Made by a program: the position numbers and the translations under genes
Notes under the pieces: generated by a model
What the model was told of the DNA's origin: nothing
Databases searched by the model: none
Seen by the model: the letters and a program-made list of their open reading frames with translations, nothing else
Shown here: in pieces, positions 24,619-37,117 of the stretch
Position numbering within the stretch: the first letter of the stretch is position 1
Layout: each line of letters starts with the position of its first letter
Assembly (NCBI GenBank): GCA_004431415.1
Contig: QPMI01000482.1
Span: 1 to 64,000 of the forward strand
Direction: 5' to 3'
DNA: 64,000 bases
From: Cyanophora paradoxa CCMP329
Lineage: Eukaryota; Plantae; Glaucophyta

Positions 24619-26927
24619 ATGCCTGACGGAGCGGGCGGCGTGCAGCTCGCCGGGGCCGGCGCCCCGCCGGTGGCCATGGCGCTGATGGAGTCCCCCAGGG
24701 CTCTCGCGCTCGGCTTGAGCAAGAGCGCCAGCGCCGCCGGCGCCGACGGCAGCCGCGCCCCGAAGACACCCGATCGCGAGCTCGAGAATTTCGGTTTTCT
24801 GGTGCGTCCTTGCCTGATCAACTCCTTGCGCAACCATCAAGCACTGCGGCCGCTGACTCGAATTTCCCCCGAAGTGCGAGGAGGTGCACCTGTCCTCGCG
24901 GCTGCTCCGGATCGCGAGCCGCGAGCGGACCATCCTGGACCTCGGCAGAATTCTGAGGGAGGCGCGGGAGCGGAGGCGGGGGGAGCCGGCCTCGGGCTCG
25001 GCCTGGGGCGCGGGGGATCCGGAGGCGGCGGGGCCGTCGGCCGCGGGCTCCTTCGAATTCGAGGATCCAGAGAGCGACGGGTCCCTCTCGAGCTCGGAGG
25101 ACGAGCTCCACCCGGAGGGCTTCCTCCCCCCCGCGGCCCCCAGGCCCCCGCAGCGCGCCCCGCGGCCGCAGGCGAGGCACCACGCCGGGCCCCCGGCCGG
25201 CAGCTGCGAGGTGCAGAGCGGCCCTTGCCCGCTGCTCGGTGATTCAGTGAATCTCAACCGCCCGGCCTGACCGTCGGCCGTGGGCCCCCCGCGTGCAGTT
25301 CATCGCGATGGAGATCCGGCGGCTCGAGAGCATCCAGGCCGCCGAGGCCGGGGAGGTGCCTTCCGCGACCCCGCCCCCGCCCCGCCCCGCCTGCGCCCAC
25401 CGCCGGCGGGCCGGGGCGGCAGGTGCTGGCGCGCTCGGGCAGCCGGGCCGGGTGGCGGATGCGGGGGCCCCTCGCCAGGCTCCACCGCCTGCGCCTCGCC
25501 ATCGCCGAGGAGCCGGCCTACAGCTGGGAGGAGGCCGGCGAGAACGCGACGGAGGGGGACGAGAAGAAGAGCGCGCGGCAGCAGGCCGCCGACGCCTTCT
25601 TCGTGGAGCTCCTGCAGTCCGTGACCGGCCAGGGCCGCTGGTGCTTTAATTTGTTTTCTCCCACTGACTCAGTGAGGCGTTCCACATTCCCCGCTCAAAT
25701 TAAACCGGTCCCTTTCTGCAGCTGGCGCATCGCCAACCGCGAGCTCGCGATTGAGGACGAGCTCCAGTCGGACTCAGAGCCGGCGCCCAAGCGGTATGCC
25801 GTACCCCCCTGTCTTCGCCCTCCCCAATGGCGGGGCACGTTCCCACACGACCGCGCAGGGCGCCCGCGGCGGGGTATCGCATGCCGAAGTCGCCGAAGCC
25901 GCTACCCCCCTCGGAGTCCGGATCCGACTCGGAGGAGAGCGACGCGGGCTCGCGATCGGTCGCGAGCGCCTACAGCGAGGCCCGCCGCCGCGCCGAGGCG
26001 AGCCCCGGCCCAGCCCCCACAGCCTCCCCCTCCTTTCCTCTCTGACCCCGTACCCAGGAAGCGCTGGCGAGGCGGGGGGAGGGGGCTGGCGCGCGGGAGG
26101 AGCTTCTGCTGCAGGGGGGCGACTCGGCCGTCATCGCCTCCATCCTGGGGGTGCGCTCGCACGCGCCTCCCGATCCCTTCGAGTTGTCCGTGGCGCGCCG
26201 TGCCTCCGGGCGGTTCCGGTTGATCGCGTGCGCAGGCGGAGGAGGCGCGGGAGCGCGAGCAGGAGCAGAGGCGCGAGGCGGAGGAGCTGAGGGGCCTCCT
26301 CGAGGCCGCCCTCCGCGAGCGCGTGCGCCCTCCACGCGCCCCCGGCCCCCCCGTGCACTCTACCCCCCCGGTGCAGCTCACGGGGTACCGGTGCGGCAGG
26401 ACAAGGCGGAGGCGAGGGCGCGGGAGGCGGAGGAGCGCCGGGGCGACTGCGCGGGGCCGGGGGCGCCGGCCCCGAGCCCGAGCCCGAAGTCGGGGGAGGA
26501 GCTCGAGGCGGAGGCGGAGGAGAAGGTGCCGGCGCCGGCCCCGAGCAGGGAGCGCGCGGCGGAGGCGCTCGCCGAGGCGCAGGCGGCGGGGGCGGCAGCG
26601 ACCGCGAGCATGCCCGGGCCCTCGCCCCCGCGCCCGCGGGCCCGTCGCGACTCCAGCCCCGCCTCGAGCTCCCCTCCGGTCGCAATCGAGCTCGCGGTCG
26701 TGCAGCCGGCCGCCGGCGGTGGAGCCGGGGATGGCTCGAGCGCGAGCTCGGCCGCGGAGGTCGTGCCCCTCGTGCGGCGCCTCCCCCGCCTCCGCTCGGG
26801 GCAGGCGGGGGGGCCGGCCCCGGGGGCCCCCCAGGCCCCCGCTCGCCTCGGCTTCGCGCTGGCCCCCTGCAACTGGCCCCGCCCGGGCCCCGGCTGCTGC
26901 TCGTCTCTCTGGGGCACCAACTACTAG
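24619..26927 (+). CDS. Hypothetical protein, paralogue A (coiled-coil/disordered)
   Basis: MPDGAGG..ELENFGFL|CEEVHLSSRLLRIASRERTILDL..|FIAMEIRRLESIQAAEAGE|VLARSG..AYSWEEA..ADAFFVELLQSVT; exon structure shared with the copy at 28219. Confidence 0.7.
25296..25534 (+). repeat. Near-identical 240-bp block shared with 28724-28963
   Basis: By eye, only two mismatches (both in the intron) across exon-intron-exon, while flanking sequence is diverged. Confidence 0.9.
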
Positions 26928-28218
26928 ATCTAGAGCTAGTGTCACGTGTAGTAGATCCTCCGTGCCACTTTGCTCCCTTTCAATTTTGTTTAGTGCGCCA
27001 CAGTGTGCCAATTGCAAGTACTAGCTATAGTTCTGCCAGGCTGCGCCTGTGTGCGGCTTTCCGAAGTTCCGCCATACTAATTATAACCTTTCTGAGCCGG
27101 TGAGCCCCGTGACCAGAAACTCTAGCTGCAGCCCCAGATCTAGATCTAGATCTAGCTATAGATTCCCAAAAATCACTGAATTCCGCTTAAATTATACAAT
27201 GATAATTAGGCCGGCCGGGGCCAGCAGAACTAAGTTAAGCTTGTCACAGTGACACAGTGTAGCGTAGTCACGGACCGGATTAAACTCAGTAACGTATACG
27301 CTTTAAGCGTTCGAACTTCGAAATTGAGAGTCGGAATTGAGGCGGCCGTGCCGCGGATTATAATTATACGTATACCATAGTGCTCATGAGACGATCACCG
27401 ATCATCTAGATCTGCCGCCCCGGCCGGCCGCCCTGGCCCGGCACGGTACCGCCGCCGGGCCGCGCTGCGCATGCCCAGCCCGCGCGGCCGCCGCGGCCCG
27501 CCACGCCTTGGGCCCTAGGCCCCTAGGCCCCCTATGGGCCAGGCTAAAGCTTGGCCCGCTTGGGGGCAAGTTGAAGGCTTGATCATTCGGATCATGAATC
27601 ATGATCGAATTCGAAGCGTGAATATTTAATCTGCTGCGTGATATGATGCACTGATATCGATATCGATCCGATGATCATGCAAGATCATGATCATGAATTC
27701 GAAGGCTACAACTAGCTATAGCCTAATATTTAATAGCAGTGTACCTGTCAGGTACCGCTAGGGGGTAGTAGGGGCGTGAAACGCGCAAGTACCGTAGTAC
27801 CGGCGCCGGCCGCGGCCGCCGGCCGAGCGCGCGCGAAGGATCTATATATATATAGCTAGGACCTTCGAATTCTAATTTTCGAAAATAAATTCCCAGTTTG
27901 AACTCAAAGCCTAGAAACGTACTGGTACCCCGGCCCCAGCCGGCAGCACAACACTCTGCCGGAGGAGTCGGAGCCCTCGTCGGCCGCACACGAAGCGCCC
28001 AAGCACTGGACTCTGGGAGCAGCTCCCCAGCAAGCCCCCAATTGCGCATGCAAGCACTGGAGCCCCACGCCGGCTTTACGCAGCACGCGCGGAATTCGAA
28101 GGCGGCCCGCAGTTCGAATTTTGCGGCCCGGCTGGACGGGCCGGAGAAGCGCGCAGTTACGGAGCGGCGAGCCGGTGACGCGCGGGTGGACAGCAGTGGG
28201 GACGCTCCCGCCCCAGCG

Positions 28219-30514
28219 ATGCCCGACGGCAGCGGGCACTCCGCCTGTGCAGACGGCGCGCCCATCATGGAGTCTTCGTCGATGCTGGTTCTCGACATGA
28301 TCAGCAGCAGTGCTGGTGGGGAGGCCTCCCGGACGTCCGAGTTGGACAGCTTCGGCCGCCTGGTACGCCCAGCGCGCGCTGCCCGGTATCCGCGGCGCGC
28401 CTGACGTTCGCCAGTGCGAGGAGGTGCACCTGTCCTCGCGGCTGCTCCGGATCGCGACCCGCGAGCGGACTATCCTGGAGCTCAGCAAGGTGCTGCGGGA
28501 GGCGGGGGCGCGCAAGCGGAGCGAGTCCGCGCCGCCGCCTGCGGAGCCCGGGCCGGCCTCGCCAGCGAAGAGCGACGCGTCGGTCTCCGACGACGACGGG
28601 CTCCGGCGGCGGCGCAGGCGGCCCCAGGCCAAGCAGCAGGCGGCGCCCAGGCCCGGAAGCCCGGAGGTGCGCGGCGCTGCCCCCGACCAATCTGCGCCGC
28701 TCCCCCACCTGAGGCCCCGCCGGCAGTTCATCGCGATGGAGATCCGGCGGCTCGAGAGCATCCAGGCCGCCGAGGCCGGGGAGGTGCCTTCCGCGACCCC
28801 GCCCCCGCGCCGCCGCGCCTGCGCCCACCGCCGGCGGGCCGGGGCGGCAGGTGCTGGCGCGCTCGGGCAGCCGGGCCGGGTGGCGGATGCGGGGGCCCCT
28901 CGCCAGGCTCCACCGCCTGCGCCTCGCCATCGCCGAGGAGCCGGCCTACAGCTGGGAGGAGGCGGTGGGGAAGGAGAACGAGAGCGAGGCCGGGGGGGCG
29001 GAGCGCGCGCGGGCCGGCGCTCCCGCCCTCCCCTCCCTGGAGATGCGAGGGCGGGGCGCAGGGGAGAGCGTGCGGCAGCGCGCGGCGGACGCCTTCTTCG
29101 TGGAGCTCCTGCGCTCCGTCACCGCCCAGGGCCGCCGGTCCGCATGGAAGCCCCCGCCCCGATCCCCCGCCCGCCCCCCACCGCCTTGGCGCGCAGCTGG
29201 CGAATGGCGTGCCGCGAGGACGAGATGGAGGCGGACGGGTGCGCCTCTCGCGACATCGCCGCGCAGGGCCGGCGTGAGGCGCGGGGCGGCGCAGGGCCTC
29301 GGGCGGGGCGGGCCCCCTCCCCTCGTCGCGGAGGCCGGCGCCCCCGCCGGACTCGGACGGGAGCGACGGGGAGGAATCCTCCCTCGCCAGCGCGATCGCC
29401 GAGGCCCGCCGTCGCGCCGAGGCGCGCCTTCCCCGCACCCCAGCCGCCCCCCTCCGGCGTCGCCCGGCTCACGCGCACCCCCCAGGACGCGCTGGCGTGC
29501 CGCGGGGAGAGCGCGCGGGACGAGCTCCTCCTCGAGAGCGGCTCCTCGATCGTCCTGGCTTCCATCCTGGGGGTGCGGCGGTCTCTCCTACGCCGCGTGC
29601 CCCGCTGAGGCGCCGGCAGGCGGAGGAGGCGCGGGAGAAGGGGCGGGAGCGCGAGCGGGAGCTGGACGAGCTCCGCAGACTCCTCGACTCGGCCCTGCGC
29701 GAGCGCGTGCGCACCGCCCCGCACCCCGCCCCCGGCCCCTCGCCACCCCCGGCGTGCCTCCCTGACGGCGGCCGCAGGACAAGGCGGCGGAGAGGGCGGA
29801 GGAGGCGGAGCGTGCGGGGCGCGGGGCGCGCGCCCGGGCGGCCGAGGCCGAGCAGCGCGAGCGCGAGGCCCGCGCCACGGCCGAGTGGTTCCGCTCCGAG
29901 CGCGACGCCGCCCGCGCCCAGGTCCCCCGCGCCCCCGTCCTGCCTTCCGCGTACCCTCCTCAGGCGGGCGGGCGGGGGCGCAGCTGGAGGCGCTGAAGAA
30001 GGAGCGGACGGCGGCGGCGGCGTCGCCGGCGCCCTCGCGGGCCGAGTCGAGCCCCGGGCGGGGCGAGTCGCCCCCCGCCGACCGCGTGCGGCCGGGCTGG
30101 TGCACGTGCGCCCCTCACGGCGGCCTCCCCCGCACCCCCGGCGCGGGCGCGCTGGAGGGCAGCCCCCTGCCGATGCCCCCCGCCCCGCTCGTACCCCGCC
30201 TGGAGCCGCTCGCGCTGGTCCGGGCCTCGCCGCCCCTGCCCCCGGCTGCGGCCCGCCTCGAGCCGTCCACGCCGGGGCGAGGGGCCCCCTCGGGGCCCTC
30301 CCCGCCCGAACACGAGCCCGGTAGCCCCCTGAGCCCGCGCACCGCCGCGCTGGCCGTTGTCGACCTCTCTGCGCCCACCATGGAGCTTCTGCGGCTCGCC
30401 GTGAGTAGCCCCCGCGGGGCGCGCCCCCCTCCGGAGCTTCTCGGGTACCGCCATGAAGGGAGCCCCTCGCGCCCCTCTTCCGACTCGCCCTTCACCGTCG
30501 CCCGCCTCTTCTAG
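28219..30514 (+). CDS. Hypothetical protein, paralogue B (tandem duplicate of 24619-26927)
   Basis: MPDGSGH..ELDSFGRL|CEEVHLSSRLLRIATRERTILEL..|FIAMEIRRLESIQAAEAGE|..ADAFFVELLRSVT; same intron positions. An in-frame upstream ATG at 28048 is possible. Confidence 0.7.
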
Positions 30515-31124
30515 GCCTCGAGAGGGACGGGACGAGCGTCCAGATCCCACCCGCAACGGCCCAGTCTTCACACGACTCTCTCTCATGCCTGCATTCCTGC
30601 ATGCCTGCGCCCATGGTACTTGCAGCCCTTCTGATAACCGCATTCGTGTTCATTAGCATTAGTTACGACGATATTCCCGTTATCCCTGCCTGATTGCATC
30701 GTGAGCCGTGCATGTTTTCTTAGTTAGTCTTTCCTGTTGATATTTGCATTCCGCTATTCTAGTGCAAGTACCGAATGAGATTCATCACCCTCTTTTTTTC
30801 ACACAGCATCTCTGTCATTCTAGCCTGTAGAATTCTCATCTAGATTTTTTTGACCAAGCTAATTGTGCAGTGTCTAGCTGTATGCTTCGTGAAGCCGTCC
30901 CCCCCCCCCCCCCCCCCTTTTTTAGACGCATCATCTGTTTACCTATTTACCGTATACGTAGTGCAACCTAAGCTTGTGAAGTAAATTGTGCCCTGTTTGT
31001 GGCTCTGGCCGCTCGCAGTCACTGAGTATGTATGTATATCAATTCTTTGAGTCTAGAGTAATTACAATGCCTACCGTAGTACGCAGTACGTACAATTGCA
31101 AGGCCTGTCGATCGGTGCTGGGGC

Positions 31125-31972
31125 TCAGCGGCTACGTTGCGCGGCCTACAGCATGCGCGGGCTACAACAGGGAGAACCAGTCTACCTCCGTGGGCACGAG
31201 CTGCTGCAGGCCGGTCCACCATTCGTCCCGCAGCCGCGGCCGCGGGCCGCCGCCCCCCGCACCCGCGTCCGCTGCCGCGGCGCTGCAGCTCCGCCGCCGC
31301 CTCACCCCAGAAACGCTCCCTTGTCCGACTCCTGGGGGAGCGGGCCGGGCCGTTCATGATCAATCCTTCCGAACCGTGACACGTACATTCCACACGAACC
31401 TCCATCTCTTCGACGTGGCGCCGCAGAGCCGGGTCGTCGACTGCGACGCCGGCGCGCGCGCGCGCGATGTGGATCGCGATGAGCGCGCGGCGATCGGCAG
31501 GGGCGAGCGCGCGGTGCTCACGGCGCTTGAAGAGTGGCGGTGTGGACAGCGCCGCCGCGCGCCGGCTTCCCGTCTGCAGCTGGAGTTCAAAAATCCGGTC
31601 CGTCAGAACGTGCCGGGGCGCGCGCCTGCGGAGTCTCTGGCTGTGAATCGAGCTCGCGCTTGCCTGGAGCCTCCCCTGGCGGAAGGTTCCGCGGCACCCA
31701 CGACGACACGCGCTCCTTCACGGGCTCCTGTCCGCGTGCGGCGCTCAAATAACTCGAAATCCGAGAAACCTCGCGAGAGCGGCGGCGCGCGTGACCTAAG
31801 AGTTTTGATCGATAAAACAGCTGCCATAAAGCGCGCCGGCGAGCGCGCGCGGTCGCGCACGGTCACGCGGCCCGGGAGAGACTCAGTCTACGAGGGAGCG
31901 TCAGCGGCGAGCGAACGTCAAGGGCGATGGTTGGGAGCGTACGTGGGATGCTTTCTCGCGGTCGTTGTTCAT
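31125..31972 (-). CDS. Possible small multi-exon hypothetical gene
   Basis: Short exons bounded by gt/gc..ag: MNNDREKASH|TESLPGRVT|LFYRSKLL..LDDPALRRHVEEME|ESDKGAFLG..RDEWWTGLQQL|AAQRSR*. Middle exon phases unresolved; head-to-head with the TPR-Kelch gene. Confidence 0.35.
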
Positions 31973-32111
31973 CTTGTCGATTGTTTGCTTCTGAAAAGTG
32001 GCCCGGTGCAGAGCAGATGCTTTTTTGTATTGGGGGTACGGCACATTCCGAACGCTGGGAGCGTGCCGGCCGCCGACGTCCGCCATGCTGGAGGCTCGCG
32101 TAGCGAGCCGG

Positions 32112-35100
32112 ATGGCGGAGCTTGGCCCGGAGGGCATCGAAGTGCGCCGTACCATCGGGCCGCTCTTTTAGAGCTGCCGTGCTCACTGCCATCGGCGCAG
32201 CAATCGACGAAGCTCATAACATCGTTGGAGTGCGTACTCAACCCCGCGTCGCTGGAGAGCAGCCTCAAGGATTGTGCCTACGAAGCGAAGAACAAAGGCG
32301 AGCTAGCGCCTCTCTCGAACGTTCGCTGAGCCTGCGTTGAAACGCGCGCGCCTGACGAACAGGCAACGAGGCGTTCCTGCGATGCGACTACGACCTCGCG
32401 CTGAAACAGTGAGCGCGTCGCCCGAACCTCGTTTACGCGGCTGACGCGCCCCCGGCCGGCAGCTACAACACGGCGATCGTGATGTATCCTGATGAAGCTG
32501 TCTTCTTCAGCAACCGGTCGGCCGTACATTACGCCAAGACAGACTACCACAAAGCGCTGCAGGTGCCCGCCGGCGGAAGGGGCGCACCGCCGCCCCGCGC
32601 GCCGCGCCTGACGCGACACGCGCCGCGCAGGACGCGGAATGGGCGATCGAGCGCAGGCGCGACTGGTCCAAGGGATACTTCCGCAAGGGGAAGGCGCTGC
32701 TCGCCCTGCAGAACTACGAGGGTGCGCGCCTCGCCGGGCGCGGGCGCGCCGGCTTGGGGGAGGGAGCGAGGGGGCGGGGGCGCAGACGCGCACTCGGCGC
32801 TGCTGACGGCGCTGAAGCACGAGCCCGGGAACGAGGAGGTGAAGCGGGCGGTGGAGGAGAGCGCGCGGCTCGTCGCCGCCTCGCGCGAGTCGGAGCTCGT
32901 CCTGCCCCCGCCCAAGGGCACCCTCGAGAGGCTCACGTGGGAGGACGTCAAGACCAAAGGCAAGGCGCCCACCGCCTGCATCTGGAGCAGCGCCACCCTC
33001 GTCGGGAAGAGGGCGCGCACCCCGCCACCTCGCCCGCCCCGCCCCCGCCTCAGCGCCGCCGACCCCAGAGCAGATATTCGTCTTCGGCGGCTTCGACGGG
33101 CGGACCTGCCTGGACGAGGTGGGCCCGCGCCGCCCCCGCCCCCGCCGCCACCGCCGCCCTGAACTCCACCCGCGCAGCTGCACGTGCTGGACACCGAGAC
33201 GATGGAGTGGAGCCAGCCGAAGACGCAAGTGCGCGGGCGGGTCGCGCGGGGGCCTCTCGGACGGAGGTTCGGTCGCGGCGGCGGAGCGCTGAGCGGGTGC
33301 GGGGCGCAGGGGAAGCCCCCCGCGGAGTACTACTTCCACAGCGCCAACCTCGTCGGCAAGCGGGTGCGAAGCCGTCGTGCCCCTGCCCCGCGCGCCTCGC
33401 CCGCCGCCGGCGCCGCGGCGGGCGGGAGGAGCGGGGCCGACGGGGCGCCTCGGCTCGCGTGGGGCGCAGATCTTCATCTTCGGGGGCATCGGGCAGGAGG
33501 CCCTCCGCGACGAGGACGTCCACAGGCCCGCCCCGCCCCGCCCCCAGAGCCCCCAGCGCCCCCAGAGCCCTCCCCGCTCCAGCAGGGACGCGCGCCGCCT
33601 CGGGCCGGGGCAGCCGCCGCGCACGCCCCCCTCGCGCCTCCGCCGGCGCCTCGGGGGCCGGCGCGCTGACCTCGGGGGCGGGGCGGGCAGCCAAATCGTG
33701 ACGCTGGACGTGGAGACGCTGGCGTGGGGCGTGCCCCGCTACTGCGGCATGCCCCCGCTCTGGCGCCTCAGGTCCGCCCCGCCCCCGCCCTCCCCCGCCC
33801 CCACCCGCCTCCAGCCGAGCTCTCCCGGTCCCTTCGCCGAGCGAAGCGCGGGGGAGGGTCCCTGGGCTAGTCGGGCCGGCGCGCCCTCCGCCCGCCGCTG
33901 CCTCTCCGCTCCCTGCTAAGGGGCCAGGAGCGGGCACTCCCACCGGCCTAGAGGCCCTTCCCCCGCCCCCGCGCTGCTCCCGGGCCTGCGCGGCGGCGGG
34001 GCGGGCCTGAGCGCTGGGGCGGGGGCGCAGCCACAGCGCGACGACGGTGGGGAGCTCGATCTTCCTCTTCGGGGGCTGGGACGGGCAGGGCAAGATGTAC
34101 GGGCAGGTGCGCCCCGCAGGGCCCCCCGCTGCCGCCCGCCGCCCCCCTCGTCGTCGACGCCTCTTCAGCTCTTCATCTTCAACACGGACACGATGACGTG
34201 GCGCGAGCCGATGACCACCGGCTCGCCCCCGGAGCCTCGGTGCGAGCCCCGGGGGGGGGCCCGCCCCGCCCCTCCCGCCCTCTCCTTCCCCCGCCCTTTT
34301 CCGGGCCTCTGCGTCTCCTTCTTAGAGCGGCGAGGCAGGTACGCGCACTCGGCGACGCTTGTGGGGAAGAAGCTGTACATCATCGGGGGCACCGACGACC
34401 CCGAGATCGAGGAGGGCCTCAACGTCTTCTCCGTGCCCCCGCCCCGCCCCCGCCCTGCCCTGCCCTGCCCGCAGCACGGTCTGATGCGAGGGGCTCGTCG
34501 GGGCAGGAGATCCACGTGCTCGACACGGAGACCATGGCGTGGAGCCGCGTCGCCTCCACCGGCGAGGTGCGCGCCGCCGCCCGCCCCGCCCCCGCCCCCG
34601 CCCCCGCCCCCGCCCCTCCGTTCCGCGCGCCCCTTACGCGCACGTCGCCGGCGCAGGCGCCGCAGAACGCGATCTGGCACACGGTCAACGTGGTGGGCAC
34701 CAAGCTGCTCGCGTTCGGCGGCGGGCCCTACGGGTGCTCCCTCCACGCCGCCCTCCCGCCTCTGGGCCCCTCGCGCGGGCCCCCCCGGCTGACGCCGCCG
34801 GGGCGGCAGCTCGAAGAAGAAGTCGATCGGGCTGAACATCCTCGACACGGAGACGATGACCTGGTCCGTCCCCAAGACCTACGGCGTCGCCCCCATCAAG
34901 GTGCCCCCGCGCCCCCGCGCCCCCGAGCCACGCACCCCCCGAACCCCGCCTGGGCAGCGCTTCGGGCACACGACGACGCTGGTCGGGGCCCGCATCCTCA
35001 TGTTCGGCGGCATGGGCGCCTTCCGCGGCTCCCAGAAGATCTTCCGGTGCCTCCCGCGCCCCCCTCGAAGCGGTCTCGCCCCCCCGCACGCCCTCAACCC

Positions 35101-36741
35101 GCCTCGCAGCGAGCTCCACGCGCTCGACATCGCCGGCTACTCCCTGCGCGAGCTCCGCGGGGAGTGCAGCGTACCCCGGAACCTCCTGGAGGCCCCCCTG
35201 GCGAAGGCCGGGTCCTCCAGTACCCCCGCTGCGTCCTCCTCCTCCGCCTCCTCCGCCCCCGCCCCTGCCGCCTCCGCCGCCTCCGCATCCGGCCCTGCCG
35301 CCGTCTCGGCCTCGTCCCAGCCGGGCGCCCCCTCTCCCGCTTCAAAGAAAAAGGACGCCAAGGGTGCCTGCCTCCCGACCGCCCCGTCTTCCCCGCCCCG
35401 CTCGCACCCGGCATCCCTCACTCGCGCTCTCCCCTCAGGCAAGTCCCCATCCTCCTCCTCCTCTGCAGCGGCCCCCGCGCCCGCCGCGCCGCCCGCACCC
35501 GGCTCCCGCCCCGCCTCGGCCCCGTCCAAGCCCTCCCAGACCCCCGCCGCCCCTGCCAAGCCCCCCGCAGAGTCCGAGGTCACCTCTTCCCCCTCTCTTA
35601 CTTTGCCCGCCCCCGCGGACCCCTCACGGCCCTCCGTCGATCGCGCCGGCGCGCAGCCGTCGTTTGAGGAGTTGCTGGAGCAGGAGAAGAGGCGGCAGGC
35701 CAAGCAGAAGGGCGGCGCCTCGTCCTCCTCGGCCCCGTCGTGCGTGGCCCTCTCGCCTCCCTTCACCGCGCCCCCTCCCGAGCTCTCCTCTCAGCAAAAC
35801 GACCGCCCCCGCGTCCAAGCCGCCTGCCAAGGGGCCCCCCGCCGCCCCCGCCCACCCAGCCGCCCCGGCCCCCACCCCCGCCGCCCCCGCCCCCGCGAAA
35901 GGTGGCAAGGGCTCCATCCCGGCGGCCGCAGCCCCCGCCGCGACCAAGGTTTCTGTAACCCAGCCCTCCGCCCCCACCCCCGCCGCCCCGGCCCCCGCCA
36001 AAGGCGCGCCCGCTCCGAGTGCTGCCCAGCCCCCCGCTCCAGCCGCCCCCCAGCCTCCGGCCAAGGCTCCAGCCCCGCCCGCTGCCTCCCCTGCTGTGGT
36101 GCCGTCCGGCCCCGCTCCCCCCAAAGCCGCCCCTGCCACCCCGCCCCCGCCCCCGCCCCGCCCCCGCCCCCGCCCCGCCCCCGCCCCGCCCCCGCCCCGC
36201 CCCGCCCCGCCCCCGCCACCCAAGCCCCCCGGCCCCCCGCCCCGCCCCATCGGGCCACGCCCCGTCCGCCCCCGCCGCTCAGGCTGCCGCGCCGGGTCAA
36301 GCGGCGGGGCGGCGGCGGGGCGGGGCGGCGGCGGGAGCGGTGGCGGCGGGGGCGGCGGGGGCGTCGAGGAGCAAGGCGAAGAAGAAGGGCAAGCGGGCGG
36401 GGCGGACGAGGCGGAGGGCGAGGAGCCGCTCGCCCCCGCGCCGGCGCCGCCCCCGCCGCCCCTCAGTCGCCCCCGCGGCGCCCCCCGACCCGCCGGCGTC
36501 GCTCGCCGGCCCGAGCGGGGCGGCGGGGCGGGCGGGGATTCCCCCGCGGCGCTTCGTGGCGCGCACGCTGGCGTCGATGCTGGAGGATCCGGACGGGGAG
36601 GGGGCGGAGGGGGACCCCGCGGAGGCCGCCCCCGGGGAGCTCGGCGCGACCCCGCCCAAGGCGCCCCTGCAGCTCAGCGCCGACATCGGGGCCGCCATCC
36701 GCGCCTGGGCCCTCAGCAAGCTCGGCGGCCAGAAGAAGTAG
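32112..36741 (+). CDS. TPR (3 repeats) plus Kelch-repeat protein with long Pro/Ala-rich C-terminus
   Basis: EAKNK|GNEAF..FSNRSAVH..WSKGYFRKGKALLAL (TPR); repeated HSATLVGKK/IFVFGG/LDTETMxW Kelch blades; low-complexity tail ending WALSKLGGQKK*. Confidence 0.85.
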
Positions 36742-37117
36742 CCTGCCGGCCCGGCCGGACCGTGGCTATATCTTGTTGTAACTTCGTGCGAATCGAGGAT
36801 CTCTAGATCTTCCCAGGCTTGCAAATTGCCGGGAATTGCCCGTACACGTTATACGTACGCGTACTACGGTATACATAGCTTGATCGGCGATTTTTCTGCG
36901 CGGGTGCGGCACCGGCGCCGGCGCCGGCGCGCGCCTCGCCTTCTGATCATGACCTTCGCGCCGTCGATCGCGATCGCGGGGCCGGACGTACGTCGACTCG
37001 GCCCAACTCGTCACGTCACCGCGGCCGGGGGCCAGCTGCAGGCGGGTACGCTTCGAATTCCTGCCAGGCTGGGTCGCGGCTGCAGCTTAGCTCGCAGCGA
37101 AAACGATATCGATATCA

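Noticed and set aside
30986-32329. 447-aa plus-strand ORF
   Set aside because: No recognisable motif or clear codon bias; it overlaps the first exons of the TPR-Kelch gene and a possible minus-strand gene.
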